A stretch of 45,349 nucleotides of DNA from Vulcanimicrobiales bacterium. Its GTDB lineage: Bacteria; Vulcanimicrobiota; Vulcanimicrobiia; Vulcanimicrobiales; Vulcanimicrobiaceae. Below the pieces are notes generated by a model. It saw only the letters and a program-made list of their open reading frames with translations, ran no database searches and had not been told where the DNA came from. Location: the NCBI GenBank assembly GCA_038244445.1, contig JBBRTL010000001.1, positions 1 to 45,349 of the forward strand, written 5' to 3'. The position numbers and the translations under genes are program-made. Of this stretch, positions 8,448 to 17,378 are shown one piece after another (the stretch's first letter is position 1; the number at the start of each line of letters is the position of its first letter).

Positions 8448-8833
8448 TCGACTGGGTCCGAAAGTTCTTCGCACCGACCACCTCCAGCCAGACCGCCAAA
8501 GAGCGCCTGCGCCTGGTGCTGATGACCGATCATCTCTCGCTCGCGCCGGAGATGATCGAGCAGATGAAACGCGATTTCATCGACGTGATCGCGAAGTACG
8601 TCGAAGTCGATCGCGACAAGATCGAGATCAACTTCGAACAACAGGACAAGGCGCTCGCGATGCTCGCCAACGTCCCGATCCTGGCCGTCAACCGCAACTC
8701 CGGCGGCGGCGACGGCGGGAGCAAGAAGGAAGAACCGAAGGCGACCGAGGTCGCGAACGCGCTGCCGCGTCGCAAACGTCGTAAGAAGAGCACGGTCGCA
8801 CCATCGACCGCGAGCCCCGCGCCTGCCGGCTGA
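8444..8833 (+). CDS. minE: cell division topological specificity factor MinE with a 44-aa basic C-terminal tail
   Basis: Residues 1-85 (MIDWVRKFFAP...AKERLRLVL...IDVIAKYVEVDRDKIEINFEQQDKALAMLANVPI) align with canonical MinE of about 88 aa. The tail SGGGDGGSKKEEPKATEVANALPRRKRRKKSTVAPSTASPAPAG has no MinE counterpart. Confidence 0.88.
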   Translation: MIDWVRKFFAPTTSSQTAKERLRLVLMTDHLSLAPEMIEQMKRDFIDVIAKYVEVDRDKIEINFEQQDKALAMLANVPILAVNRNSGGGDGGSKKEEPKATEVANALPRRKRRKKSTVAPSTASPAPAG

Positions 8834-8882
8834 CTTTCGGCGGTATCTCCGCAACTTCAATTGGCCGCTGGTCCTCGCGTGC

Positions 8883-9941
8883 GTGCTGATCTCGCTGATC
8901 GGCGTGCTCTCGATCCGGTCGGCGGATCTGCATAGCGGGCATCCGGCCAACGAATACCACAAGCAGATATTCTACGTCATCTTCGGCCTGGTCCTGATGT
9001 TCGGACTTTCGTTCGTCGATTATCGGAACTGGCAGCGTTGGGCGCCGGGACTCTACGTCTTGAATTTGATCCTGCTGCTCGTCGTGATGCGCGGCGGGCA
9101 CAGTGCGCTCGGCGCGCAGCGCTGGATCGACCTCGGTCCGCTCGGTACGTTCCAGCCCTCGGAGCCGGCCAAGCTGGTGCTCGCGATCTCGCTTGCGGCG
9201 GTGCTCTGCATGGGCACGTACGAGCGCTTGCGCGAGCTGTGGAAGCCGCTGCTCGTGCTCGGCATCCCCGCCCTGTTGATTCTCAAGCAGCCGGACTTCG
9301 GCACGACCCTGGTGTTGCTCGCGGTGTTGACGTCGCAGCTGTACTTCGGCTTACCACGGATCCGCGACTTCTGGATCTTCATCGGTGGCGTGACCGCGAC
9401 CGCGCTCTTCACGGTCGGCACGAACTTCGTGCTCAAGCCGTTCCAGAAGTCGCGTCTGCTCGTCTTCCTCAATCCGAAATCGGATCCGCAAGGCGCCGGC
9501 TACAACCTCAACCAATCCAAGATCGCGGTCGGAAACGGCGAGTGGTTCGGACGCGGGCTCTTCCACGGCACCCAGACTCAGCTCAACTTCGTACCGGAGC
9601 ACTCGCGCGACTTCATCTTCACCGTCTGGGCTGAAGAGTTCGGATTCGCTGGCGCGATGGCGCTGATCGTACTCTACGGCATGATGCTCTACGGCGGCAT
9701 CCGCGCCGTGCTTGCGGCGCGCGACCGGTTCGGCTTCCTGTTGGGCACGGGCCTGGTCGCGATGCTCGCGTTCCACGTACTCGTCAACATCGGCATGACC
9801 ATCGGCATCATGCCGATCACCGGCATCCCGCTACCGTTCATGTCCTACGGCGGCTCCGCCATCCTGACCAATTTCATGGCCGTCGGCGTCCTGCTGAACA
9901 TCTATGGGCAACGCGACCGCGGCGTACTCGGTAACGCGTAG
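8883..9941 (+). CDS. rodA: SEDS-family peptidoglycan glycosyltransferase RodA (true start probably upstream of the first canonical start codon)
   Basis: Motifs ...GAQRWIDLGPLGTFQPSEPAKL..., ...NFVPEHSRDFIFTVWAEEFGFAG..., ...PITGIPLPFMSYGGSA.... GTG 8883 is the first ATG/GTG/TTG in frame. The frame is open from 8589 and encodes ...FRRYLRNFNWPLVLAC upstream, which looks like the missing start of TM1. Confidence 0.85.
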   Translation: MLISLIGVLSIRSADLHSGHPANEYHKQIFYVIFGLVLMFGLSFVDYRNWQRWAPGLYVLNLILLLVVMRGGHSALGAQRWIDLGPLGTFQPSEPAKLVLAISLAAVLCMGTYERLRELWKPLLVLGIPALLILKQPDFGTTLVLLAVLTSQLYFGLPRIRDFWIFIGGVTATALFTVGTNFVLKPFQKSRLLVFLNPKSDPQGAGYNLNQSKIAVGNGEWFGRGLFHGTQTQLNFVPEHSRDFIFTVWAEEFGFAGAMALIVLYGMMLYGGIRAVLAARDRFGFLLGTGLVAMLAFHVLVNIGMTIGIMPITGIPLPFMSYGGSAILTNFMAVGVLLNIYGQRDRGVLGNA

Positions 9942-10496
9942 GAACTTGAAACCGAACTCGGCCGCGACGTCGAGATGCTCGGGCGTATGATAGAGCACGT
10001 AGACCCGGCCGGGAACTTCGCGGGCCATCATCTTGGCGAAGGTCGCTCGGAGTGCGTCGGCGTCGAACGGATTGAACAGGAAGACGACCAGATCGCCGCT
10101 CGGGAAGTCGAACGTGCGCGCGTCTTTGTTGACGAAACGCGCCTCGCGCGTTCGGACCGGAAACGCGCGCAGGTTGTGGAAATTTTCTTTGGCGGTCTCG
10201 TTGAGCGCGGCCGAGACCTCGACCCCGACGATCTTCTTGAAGGGCAGGCGCATCGCGAGGAAGACGGCCCGGCCGAGACCGCTGCCGATGTCGACGAACG
10301 TGGCGCCCCGGACGAACGTCTCCGGCACGTGCGCCATCAGCGCGTCGAAGTCTTCGACCGGGACGGCTTCATAGTGGGTGGCGTGCGCCGCCGCTTCGCC
10401 GAGATACTCGGCGTCGAGTTCGCCCAAGAACAGCAACGCCTCAGTGACGACGCCGTGCGCTTTATCGAAGCGCTGACCCTCCGGTCGTATGCCCAT
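9831..10496 (-). CDS. class I SAM-dependent methyltransferase
   Basis: 221 aa. Motif I FVDIGSGLGRAV, post-I VGVEVS, and later DLVVFLFNPF. The last 35 or so codons run antisense through the 3' end of rodA (111-nt convergent overlap). Confidence 0.7.
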   Translation of the reverse strand: MGIRPEGQRFDKAHGVVTEALLFLGELDAEYLGEAAAHATHYEAVPVEDFDALMAHVPETFVRGATFVDIGSGLGRAVFLAMRLPFKKIVGVEVSAALNETAKENFHNLRAFPVRTREARFVNKDARTFDFPSGDLVVFLFNPFDADALRATFAKMMAREVPGRVYVLYHTPEHLDVAAEFGFKFLRVTEYAAVALPIDVQQDADGHEIGQDGGAAVGHER

Positions 10497-10510
10497 GGTA
10501 CGAGTCTAGC

Positions 10511-11308
10511 ATGAGGCGGCCATACCACGCAGGCGACACGTTCGCGATCCCGATCGTCGGTGGACGCGCCGCGCGCGGTGTGGTCATCGAAGCCGGCGGC
10601 GAAGTCGCGGTGCTCGGCCTCGGCCGCGATGTGGTCGCGCGCGTCCACGATCGCGCCCTACATACGCTGCGCTGGCCGCTGACGGGCCACGTTCCGGACT
10701 TCGATCGGGCGGATTGGCCGGCGGCGGACTCGCGCTACGTCGAATCGCCCGAGACGTTCGCGGATCGCGCGCGCGCCTTGATAGACGGCCAGACCTGGAA
10801 TCGCCCGCGGATCGTCGTGCGCAACGGCTCGCTCGTCGAACCCGCCCCGGATCCGCGCCTGCTCCGCATCGTCGGGCGGCGGAGCCAGACGTTCGATGCG
10901 CGCTCGTTAGCCGGGCAGGAGGGCGTGACGGCGCTCGATCTGGCCGGCGTGACGCTTGCGCACCCCCGGGCGATCGCGCAGTCGAACGTGCGGGTGCTCC
11001 GCTTGGTCGACGTTCGCGCCGGTGACGATCTCGAGTGGCTCGCCGCGACCTTGCTCACGCATCTCTATCTGCATCGCGCCTATCGCGCGGCCAGCTTGGA
11101 GCCGCTCGCGCGGATGAAGGCGCTCCGTCATCTCGACGTCCGCGGCGCGTGGCAGTTCCGTCTCGACGCGATGGATTGGAAGGCCGCGTTCGGCCATCTC
11201 GAGGGCGCGACCATCGACCTCGGCAGCCGGCGCAAGAACACCGAACTCTACCGCACGTTTGCGCCGCCCTATCCGGAGCCGTTCGAGCGCGCGCTCGGCT
11301 CCCCCTAA
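10511..11308 (+). CDS. hypothetical protein; C-terminal half has leucine-rich-repeat-like periodicity
   Basis: 265-aa ORF with ATG 10511. N-terminus GDTFAIPIVGGRAARGVVIE. The C-terminal half shows repeated LxxLxL-type spacing (VTALDLAGVTL, VRVLRLVDV, LTHLYLHR, LRHLDVRG). No confident family assignment. Confidence 0.5.
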   Translation: MRRPYHAGDTFAIPIVGGRAARGVVIEAGGEVAVLGLGRDVVARVHDRALHTLRWPLTGHVPDFDRADWPAADSRYVESPETFADRARALIDGQTWNRPRIVVRNGSLVEPAPDPRLLRIVGRRSQTFDARSLAGQEGVTALDLAGVTLAHPRAIAQSNVRVLRLVDVRAGDDLEWLAATLLTHLYLHRAYRAASLEPLARMKALRHLDVRGAWQFRLDAMDWKAAFGHLEGATIDLGSRRKNTELYRTFAPPYPEPFERALGSP

Positions 11309-11599
11309 GCCCGAAGCACCGCGACCGGATAGCGAAGTGAGGCGGCCTCGCCCGGGCAGGTCCCGACCTTCTCCCCCCGACCAGGGGCCACTGGCCGCAC
11401 GGTCGATCCTCCTCGAAGGCGAGTATAGGGTCCCGGGCAGCCGAATAAGTTTCAAAACGAGCGCGCCGGTGCGCAGAAGCGTACCCGCTCGAAGGCGATC
11501 GCAAGGCTACCCCTGGTGAGGGAGTACTGCCGGCAGGGTCGCCCGCGGAGGAGTTCAAGCTGAACGCCGCACGCGCTCGCGCTAGTGTAAGGTTACAAT

Positions 11600-14443
11600 T
11601 TGTCTACCGAGATCCTGATCTCGAGCGACCCCTGGGAGAACCGGGTCGCCATTCTCGAAGACGGCGCGCTCGCCGAACTCTACATCGAACGCGAAGAAAA
11701 AGTCATCGGTTCGATCTACAAAGGAAAAGTCCAAAACGTCCTGCCCGGCATGGGTGCGGCGTTCGTCGACATCGGCCTGGGGCGCAATGCGTTCCTCTAC
11801 GTCGACGACATCAGCAAACAGCCGCTCAACATCGGCGACGTCGAGATCACCCAGGGCCGCAGCGGCTTCACGATCTCCGATAAGGCCAAACGCGGCGACG
11901 ACATCCTGGTCCAGATCGTCAAGGAGCCGCGCGGCCTCAAAGGTGCGCGCATCTCCACGAATATCTCGCTGCCGGGTCGTTACCTGATCCTGATGCCGAA
12001 CGGTCGCTTCTCGGGCGTCTCGCGCAAGGTCGAGTCCGCCACCGAGCGCGACCGCCTCAAGAACGTCATGAAGCGCATCCGCCCCGAAGGCATGGCGACC
12101 GTCGTCCGGACCGCCGCGACCGGCGTGAGCGAAGCGGAGCTGATCGCCGACCTCGGCGTGCTGATCCGCATGTGGCACGGCATCCTCGAGACGTACAAGC
12201 GCGCGGCTTCCCCGTCGCTCTTGCATAAGGACATGAACCTCGTCTACAAAGCGGCGCGCGATTTCATCACCGCCGATGTGGACAAGGTCCTGATCGACAA
12301 CGAGGAAGAGTACCAGAAAGTCCGCGCGTTCCTGCAACTGCTCGGCCCGCAATATCTCGATCGCGTCGAGTATTACAAGAACGGCGACACGCTCTTCGAC
12401 GACTACCACGTCAACGAAGATCTTGCGAAGCTGATGAAGTCCACCGTCAAGCTGCCCTCGGGCGGTTCGATCGTGATCGAGTCGACCGAAGCGCTGACCG
12501 TGATCGACGTCAACTCCGGCAAGTTCACCGGCGGCAAGAACCTCGAAGATACGATCACCAAGACGAACATCGAAGCCGCGGCGGAAGTCGCGCGTCAGGT
12601 CCGACTGCGCGATATCGGCGGCATCATCGTCGTCGACTTCATCGACATGTCGAGCGAAGCATCGCGCAACAAGGTCATCAAGATCCTCGAAGACGGTCTG
12701 CGCAAGGACCGCACGCGTTCGACCATCCAGTCGTTCTCGAACCTCGGCCTGCTCGAGTTCACTCGCAAGCGTATCGGCAAGGACCTGGGCGCGCAGCTGC
12801 GCGGCTCGTGTCCGACCTGCGCCGGCCTGGGCACCGTACTCTCGTCGCAGTCGGTCGCGATCGACACGTTGCGCCAGGTGCGCGAGATCGGCAAGAACGG
12901 CAAGCCGGTGGTGATCCACGCCGCCCCGACGGTCGCATCGCAGCTCGACTTCTGGTACGAAGACGAAACCGAAGCGCTCGCCAAAGAACTCTCGTGCGAG
13001 ATCCACGTGCGCGTCGATCCGATGATTCATCCGGAACGTTCGCGCGTCGAATCGGTCGCCTCGTTCAAGGAAAGCGTCGGCGAGACCGTGCGCGTCGGCG
13101 ACGAGCACACCGTCGAACTGCTCCACGGGCGTCTGCCCAACGCGACCTCGGCCGCCGCCGTCGTCGCCGGACACATCGTCGAAGTCGAGAACGCCGCGAA
13201 CAACACCGGTGGTTCGGCTCGCATCAAGATCATCGACGTCGACGACGCCGACGACTATGTGCTCGCCGAGATGCTGACCGCGGGCCTACCTGCGGCCAAA
13301 GCCGAGGCCGGCGCGAAACGCAAGCGTCGTCGCGGCGGACGCAAGGCGCCGCTCACGGCCGCCGAGCAGACCGCGCAGCTGCGCGAACTCGCCAAGGAAG
13401 CCTCGGAGTTCGCGTCCGCGCGTCCGCCGATCGGCATCACCGCGATCTCCGAAGAAGAAGAGGCGCTCGACAAGAAGCTCTCGGCCGAAGCCAAGGGCGA
13501 GCGTAGCCCGGATGCGATCGTGATCGTCGAAGGCGAAGCGCAACATCACGGTGACGAACCCGAACTCGACGCGAACGGCGAACCCCGCCGCCATCGTCGC
13601 CGTCGCGGACGCGGCGGACGCGGACGTGGTGGCGCGGCCGCCGCGGCCGGCTCGAACGAGCAGCAGCCGCAGCAACAACAACAGCCGCAGCGTCAACCGG
13701 TCCGCGCCCAAGCGGCGGCGCCGGCTCCGGTCACGGATGCCGACGACGATGACGATCGCGACGAAGACGAATCGACCCAATCCGCCACCGGCCAACCGGC
13801 CGAAGGCGAAGCCGGTCGTCGCCGCCGCCGCCGTCGCCGTCGCCGTGGACGCGGAGGTCGCGGTGGCGAGAACGGTGCGGCCACGGCCGAGCCGGGTTCG
13901 CAGCCGTCACCGGCGGTTCCGGACCGCCACATCTTCCGGGTCGGCTCGGCCGGCGATGCCGAGCCGACCGGACAGGTCGCGCCTCGCGAGCCCTCGCGAG
14001 CAATCGCGACCTTGCGTCGCGCCCACCCGCCGGCCGTCAACGCGCCGCCGCCGTCCTTGAAGGCGCCCGAGGAGTCGGTTCAGCCGACCAAGCCCGCCCG
14101 TCGCCGCCGCCCGGAACCAACTGGACCGGCCCCGGAACTTTCGGCCAAGCGGATCGCGGCTCTGCCGCCCGCCGCGCCCGAGCCCGCAGCCAAGCCGAAG
14201 TCGACGCTCAAGCGCGTCGCCCCGAAGGCGAAGGAGGCTGTCATCCCGAGCGTAGCTGCGCGTAGTCGAGGGACCGCCGCCAAGGAAGCTCCCGCCAAGA
14301 AAGTCGCGCCCGCAAAGAAAGCGACGCCGGTGAAAAAGGCGGCTCCGGTCAAAAAGGCCGCGCCTAAGAAGACCGCGGCGACTAAGGCTCCGGCGAAACG
14401 CAAGACCGGCAGTACGGTTGCAAGCTCGCGCAAGAAGAAGTAG
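11600..14443 (+). CDS. rne: ribonuclease E (RNase E/G catalytic N-terminal half plus long disordered C-terminal half)
   Basis: TTG start at 11600 with TAAGGT 10 nt upstream. S1 domain (IYKGKVQNVLPGMGAAFVDIGLGRNAFLYV), catalytic core (ALTVIDVNSGKF...GGIIVVDFIDM), and Zn-link CPTCAGLG. The C-terminal part (about 450 aa) is Arg-rich, acidic, poly-Q and then Lys/Ala/Pro repeats. Confidence 0.93.
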   Translation: MSTEILISSDPWENRVAILEDGALAELYIEREEKVIGSIYKGKVQNVLPGMGAAFVDIGLGRNAFLYVDDISKQPLNIGDVEITQGRSGFTISDKAKRGDDILVQIVKEPRGLKGARISTNISLPGRYLILMPNGRFSGVSRKVESATERDRLKNVMKRIRPEGMATVVRTAATGVSEAELIADLGVLIRMWHGILETYKRAASPSLLHKDMNLVYKAARDFITADVDKVLIDNEEEYQKVRAFLQLLGPQYLDRVEYYKNGDTLFDDYHVNEDLAKLMKSTVKLPSGGSIVIESTEALTVIDVNSGKFTGGKNLEDTITKTNIEAAAEVARQVRLRDIGGIIVVDFIDMSSEASRNKVIKILEDGLRKDRTRSTIQSFSNLGLLEFTRKRIGKDLGAQLRGSCPTCAGLGTVLSSQSVAIDTLRQVREIGKNGKPVVIHAAPTVASQLDFWYEDETEALAKELSCEIHVRVDPMIHPERSRVESVASFKESVGETVRVGDEHTVELLHGRLPNATSAAAVVAGHIVEVENAANNTGGSARIKIIDVDDADDYVLAEMLTAGLPAAKAEAGAKRKRRRGGRKAPLTAAEQTAQLRELAKEASEFASARPPIGITAISEEEEALDKKLSAEAKGERSPDAIVIVEGEAQHHGDEPELDANGEPRRHRRRRGRGGRGRGGAAAAAGSNEQQPQQQQQPQRQPVRAQAAAPAPVTDADDDDDRDEDESTQSATGQPAEGEAGRRRRRRRRRRGRGGRGGENGAATAEPGSQPSPAVPDRHIFRVGSAGDAEPTGQVAPREPSRAIATLRRAHPPAVNAPPPSLKAPEESVQPTKPARRRRPEPTGPAPELSAKRIAALPPAAPEPAAKPKSTLKRVAPKAKEAVIPSVAARSRGTAAKEAPAKKVAPAKKATPVKKAAPVKKAAPKKTAATKAPAKRKTGSTVASSRKKK

Positions 14444-14463
14444 CCGTACTTGATGACAAAAGC

Positions 14464-14494
14464 GAAGGGCCCGGCAGTGATGCCGGGCCCTTTC
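14464..14494. terminator. bidirectional intrinsic-terminator-like hairpin between convergent rne and ctp genes
   Basis: GAAGGGCCCGGC (14464-14475), loop AGTGAT, GCCGGGCCCTTT (14482-14493). This gives an 11-bp perfect GC-rich stem plus a G-U pair, followed by TTTC. It lies in the 74-nt gap between the rne stop (14443) and the ctp stop (14518). Confidence 0.7.
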
Positions 14495-14517
14495 GTCTGT
14501 CCGCGTCCGCGGTCCAA

Positions 14518-15900
14518 CTACTGGTTGGTGCCCGTCACCGACGCGGGCGTATTGATGCTGAGCTTCGCGAGACGACCGTTGATGAAATCGATCGCTCGCT
14601 GGAGCTGGGCGTCCCTTTTGGGATCGCCGATCACCGACTTGGCCGGTTCGTTGACGACGATGTCGGGTGTGATGCCCTTGTGATTGATGTCGTGGTTGTG
14701 CGGCGTCAGATAACGCGCGATCGTGACCTTGATGGCCGATCCATCCGGCATCGGCCAAACATTCTGCACGACGCCCTTGCCGAACGTGCGCGTACCGATC
14801 AGCGTGCCGGCGCCGTTGTCCTGGATGGCGCCCGACGTGATCTCCGATGCCGAAGCGGTGTGCCCGTTCACGAGCACCGCGAGCGGAAGCGGCGGGATCG
14901 CCGTGTCGTCGGCTTCATACGTGGTGATGTTCGAAGCGCGCTGTTCGACCGAGACGATCGGTCCGGCCGGGATGAACTTGGAACTGACCGAGACCGCCGC
15001 GGTCAGGTAGCCGCCGCCATTCTCGCGCAGGTCCATGATGATCGCCTGTGCGCCGTCGCGTTGCAGGCGGTCGAGTGCGGTCGCCATCTCGGTGGCGGTC
15101 TCGCTGCCGAAGACGCTCAACTGCACGTAGCCGATCTTGTTCGGCAGCATCCGTTCGTAGACGCTCAGCTGATGGATCTTCGCGCGCGTGATCGAGATCG
15201 GCGGCATGGTCGCGCCGTCGCGCTGCACGATCAGGACGACTTGCGTGCCCGCTTTGCCGCGCAGATGCGTGCTGGCTTTCTGGATCTCCATGCCCTTGGT
15301 CGAGACGCCGTCGATGCTGACGATGACGTCGTCCTGCTTCACGCCCGCCTTGTCGGCCGGACCGTCGGGGACGAGATTCGTCACGTCGATCATTTTGGTC
15401 GCGTCGTCTGCGGCGATCACGATGCCGGTCCCGCCGAAATCGCTGCCGTCGAGATCGCCGTTGAGCGCGGCGTACTCCTTGGGGTCGAGGAAGACCGTAT
15501 ACTTGTCGTGGACCGAACCGAGCATGCCGGAGATGGCGGCGTAGGCGAGTAGATGGGACGAGACTTTCGCCCCCGACTCTTTGGCGGCCGCGTCGACCGC
15601 GCGGTTCACCGCGCTGACGTTGCCCTGCGCGTCCAGACCGGCGTGGATCGGTGCGAGCGTCGGCGCTTTCACGCCCGAGTGCTTCATCATCAGGATCAGC
15701 GTGTCGTGCGCGCCGTCGAGAATCGCCTGCGGGTTCGTCTTCTTGTAGTAGTCCTGCGTGATGTGGCCGTAGGCGACCGCGATCTCTTCGGAATCGAGCG
15801 GTGCGACGCCGGCGGCTGCGACCGAGGATGCGGGCACTTGGAGAAACGTAAACGCGAGGGCCGCCGCAAGGGCGATCGAGAGCGGTCGCTTGGTATTCAT
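14518..15900 (-). CDS. ctpA: S41-family carboxy-terminal processing protease (copy B)
   Basis: 460 aa. Signal peptide, PDZ (GTGIVIAADD...VTNLVPDGPADKAGVKQDDVIVSIDG), catalytic region MDLRENGGGYL...VNGHTASASEI...GTRTFGKGVVQ. Confidence 0.9.
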   Translation of the reverse strand: MNTKRPLSIALAAALAFTFLQVPASSVAAAGVAPLDSEEIAVAYGHITQDYYKKTNPQAILDGAHDTLILMMKHSGVKAPTLAPIHAGLDAQGNVSAVNRAVDAAAKESGAKVSSHLLAYAAISGMLGSVHDKYTVFLDPKEYAALNGDLDGSDFGGTGIVIAADDATKMIDVTNLVPDGPADKAGVKQDDVIVSIDGVSTKGMEIQKASTHLRGKAGTQVVLIVQRDGATMPPISITRAKIHQLSVYERMLPNKIGYVQLSVFGSETATEMATALDRLQRDGAQAIIMDLRENGGGYLTAAVSVSSKFIPAGPIVSVEQRASNITTYEADDTAIPPLPLAVLVNGHTASASEITSGAIQDNGAGTLIGTRTFGKGVVQNVWPMPDGSAIKVTIARYLTPHNHDINHKGITPDIVVNEPAKSVIGDPKRDAQLQRAIDFINGRLAKLSINTPASVTGTNQ

Positions 15901-15907
15901 GATCTTC

Positions 15908-17296
15908 CTAACGAGCGAGTTGGGCTAAACGTGCCTCGGCGGCCTTGAGTTGTTTGTCGCGGGGTGTCCCGATCAGCGACGGGTCGTCGGCGTTCTGGTT
16001 CACCACGACGTCGGGGACGATGCCGCGGTGCTGGATGTCGCGACCCATCGGCGTGACGTAGCGCTGGGTCGTGATCTTGAGCGCGCCACCATCCGGCCAT
16101 TGGTAGATGCTCTGGACGACGCCCTTGCCGAAGGTGGTCGTCCCGACCAGCGTCGCCAGATGGTAGTCTTGCAACGCGCCCGAGGTGATCTCGGATGCCG
16201 ACGCGGTGTATTTGTTGACCAGGATCACGACCGGCTTGAGGCCGGCGATCTGGGTGCCGAGCGCGTCGTCGTCGACCCGGTCGCCGTCGCGCGAGATGGT
16301 CGAGACGATCGTGCCGCTCGGCACGAAGTAGCTCGAGATCTTCACGGCCGCATCGACCAATCCGCCGCCGTTGTTACGCAGATCGAGGATGTAGCCACGC
16401 ACGTCGTGCGCCCGTCCGTTGAGCAGCGCTTTTTTGACCTCGTCGGCCGAGGTGGTACCGAAGTCCGCCAAGCGGATGTATTCGTAGCCGTCCTTGATCT
16501 CGGCATGCACGGTCGGGACTTGGATGGTCTGGCGCACGATCGAATAGGACTTGTGCGACCCGGGCTTCTTGAACGGATACGTGTCGAGGCGGACGGTCGT
16601 GCCGACCTCGCCGCGGATCATCTGCTCGACGCGGTCCATCGTGAGGCCGGCGACCGGGGTCGCGTCGACCTTGGTGACGACTTCGCCGATCGTCATGCCG
16701 GCGTGCGACGCAGGCATCTCTTCGATCGGCTGCAGCACGACGCGCTTGTCGCGGAGCTGGAAGATGTAGACGCCGATGCCGCCGAAATTGCCGCCGTCGA
16801 GCGATTCGTTTAGGCTGCGATTCTCGCGCGGCGAGAGATAGACGGTGTAGGGATCGTTGACCGCGCCGAGCATGCCGCGCATGGCCGCTTCGGCGAGAAT
16901 GCTCGCGCCGTTCGGACCGAGCGCGCTTGCGTATTTGCGCTGCGCGTCGGCGAGCGTGAGCCCGGCCTCGGTGCCGTCACCGAGCTTCGCGTCTTCCGCG
17001 ACCGGACCGGCTTGTACGCTTGCGGCCTTGACGTGTCCCTTGAGCGCTGCCAGGATGCCGTCGCGCTCGCCGTTGACGAGCGTTTGCCCGCCGACCCGTT
17101 TGTAGTAGACGTGCTGAAGTTGTCGGAACGCAAGCGATGCGAGTTGCTCGCCGGCCGGCGTGGACTGTCGCGCGACGATCGGAATGCCGGTCGCATCCGC
17201 GGTTCTCGCGGAACGTAGGCTGATGGCGAAGGCGCCGGCCACGGCGACGACCGCCACGAGCAGGGCGGCGAAAAGAGCGCGAACGATAGGACTCAT
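15908..17296 (-). CDS. ctpA: S41-family carboxy-terminal processing protease (copy A)
   Basis: 462 aa. N-terminal TM/signal, PDZ (GGIGVYIFQL...EEMPASHAGMTIGEVVTKVDA), LDLRNNGGGLV...VNKYTASASEI...GTTTFGKGVVQ. It ends 7 nt before the start of copy B. Confidence 0.9.
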   Translation of the reverse strand: MSPIVRALFAALLVAVVAVAGAFAISLRSARTADATGIPIVARQSTPAGEQLASLAFRQLQHVYYKRVGGQTLVNGERDGILAALKGHVKAASVQAGPVAEDAKLGDGTEAGLTLADAQRKYASALGPNGASILAEAAMRGMLGAVNDPYTVYLSPRENRSLNESLDGGNFGGIGVYIFQLRDKRVVLQPIEEMPASHAGMTIGEVVTKVDATPVAGLTMDRVEQMIRGEVGTTVRLDTYPFKKPGSHKSYSIVRQTIQVPTVHAEIKDGYEYIRLADFGTTSADEVKKALLNGRAHDVRGYILDLRNNGGGLVDAAVKISSYFVPSGTIVSTISRDGDRVDDDALGTQIAGLKPVVILVNKYTASASEITSGALQDYHLATLVGTTTFGKGVVQSIYQWPDGGALKITTQRYVTPMGRDIQHRGIVPDVVVNQNADDPSLIGTPRDKQLKAAEARLAQLAR

Positions 17297-17378
17297 TGCG
17301 CCCTATACTACCCCCAAAACCTTAAGATCGTTACAGCCGCGACGGTTAGACCTGCGTTAAGGCTTTGGTCTTGGGCCG

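Noticed and set aside
11309-11599. Possible known structured RNA gene (SRP RNA, 6S, tmRNA, RNase P RNA) in the rne upstream gap
   Set aside because: I could not find the conserved cores, such as the GGAAGCAGCC-type SRP motif, the GGAAAGUCC-type RNase P motif, or a tmRNA tag or acceptor end. It is left as an unassigned leader.
11582-13174. 530-aa ORF antisense to the rne catalytic half
   Set aside because: The opposite strand encodes an unmistakable RNase E/G. The antisense translation is D/R/V/A-rich with no recognisable domain.
13286-14758. Several 80-280-aa ORFs on both strands within the rne tail
   Set aside because: They are alternate or antisense frames of a repetitive, GC-rich low-complexity coding region.
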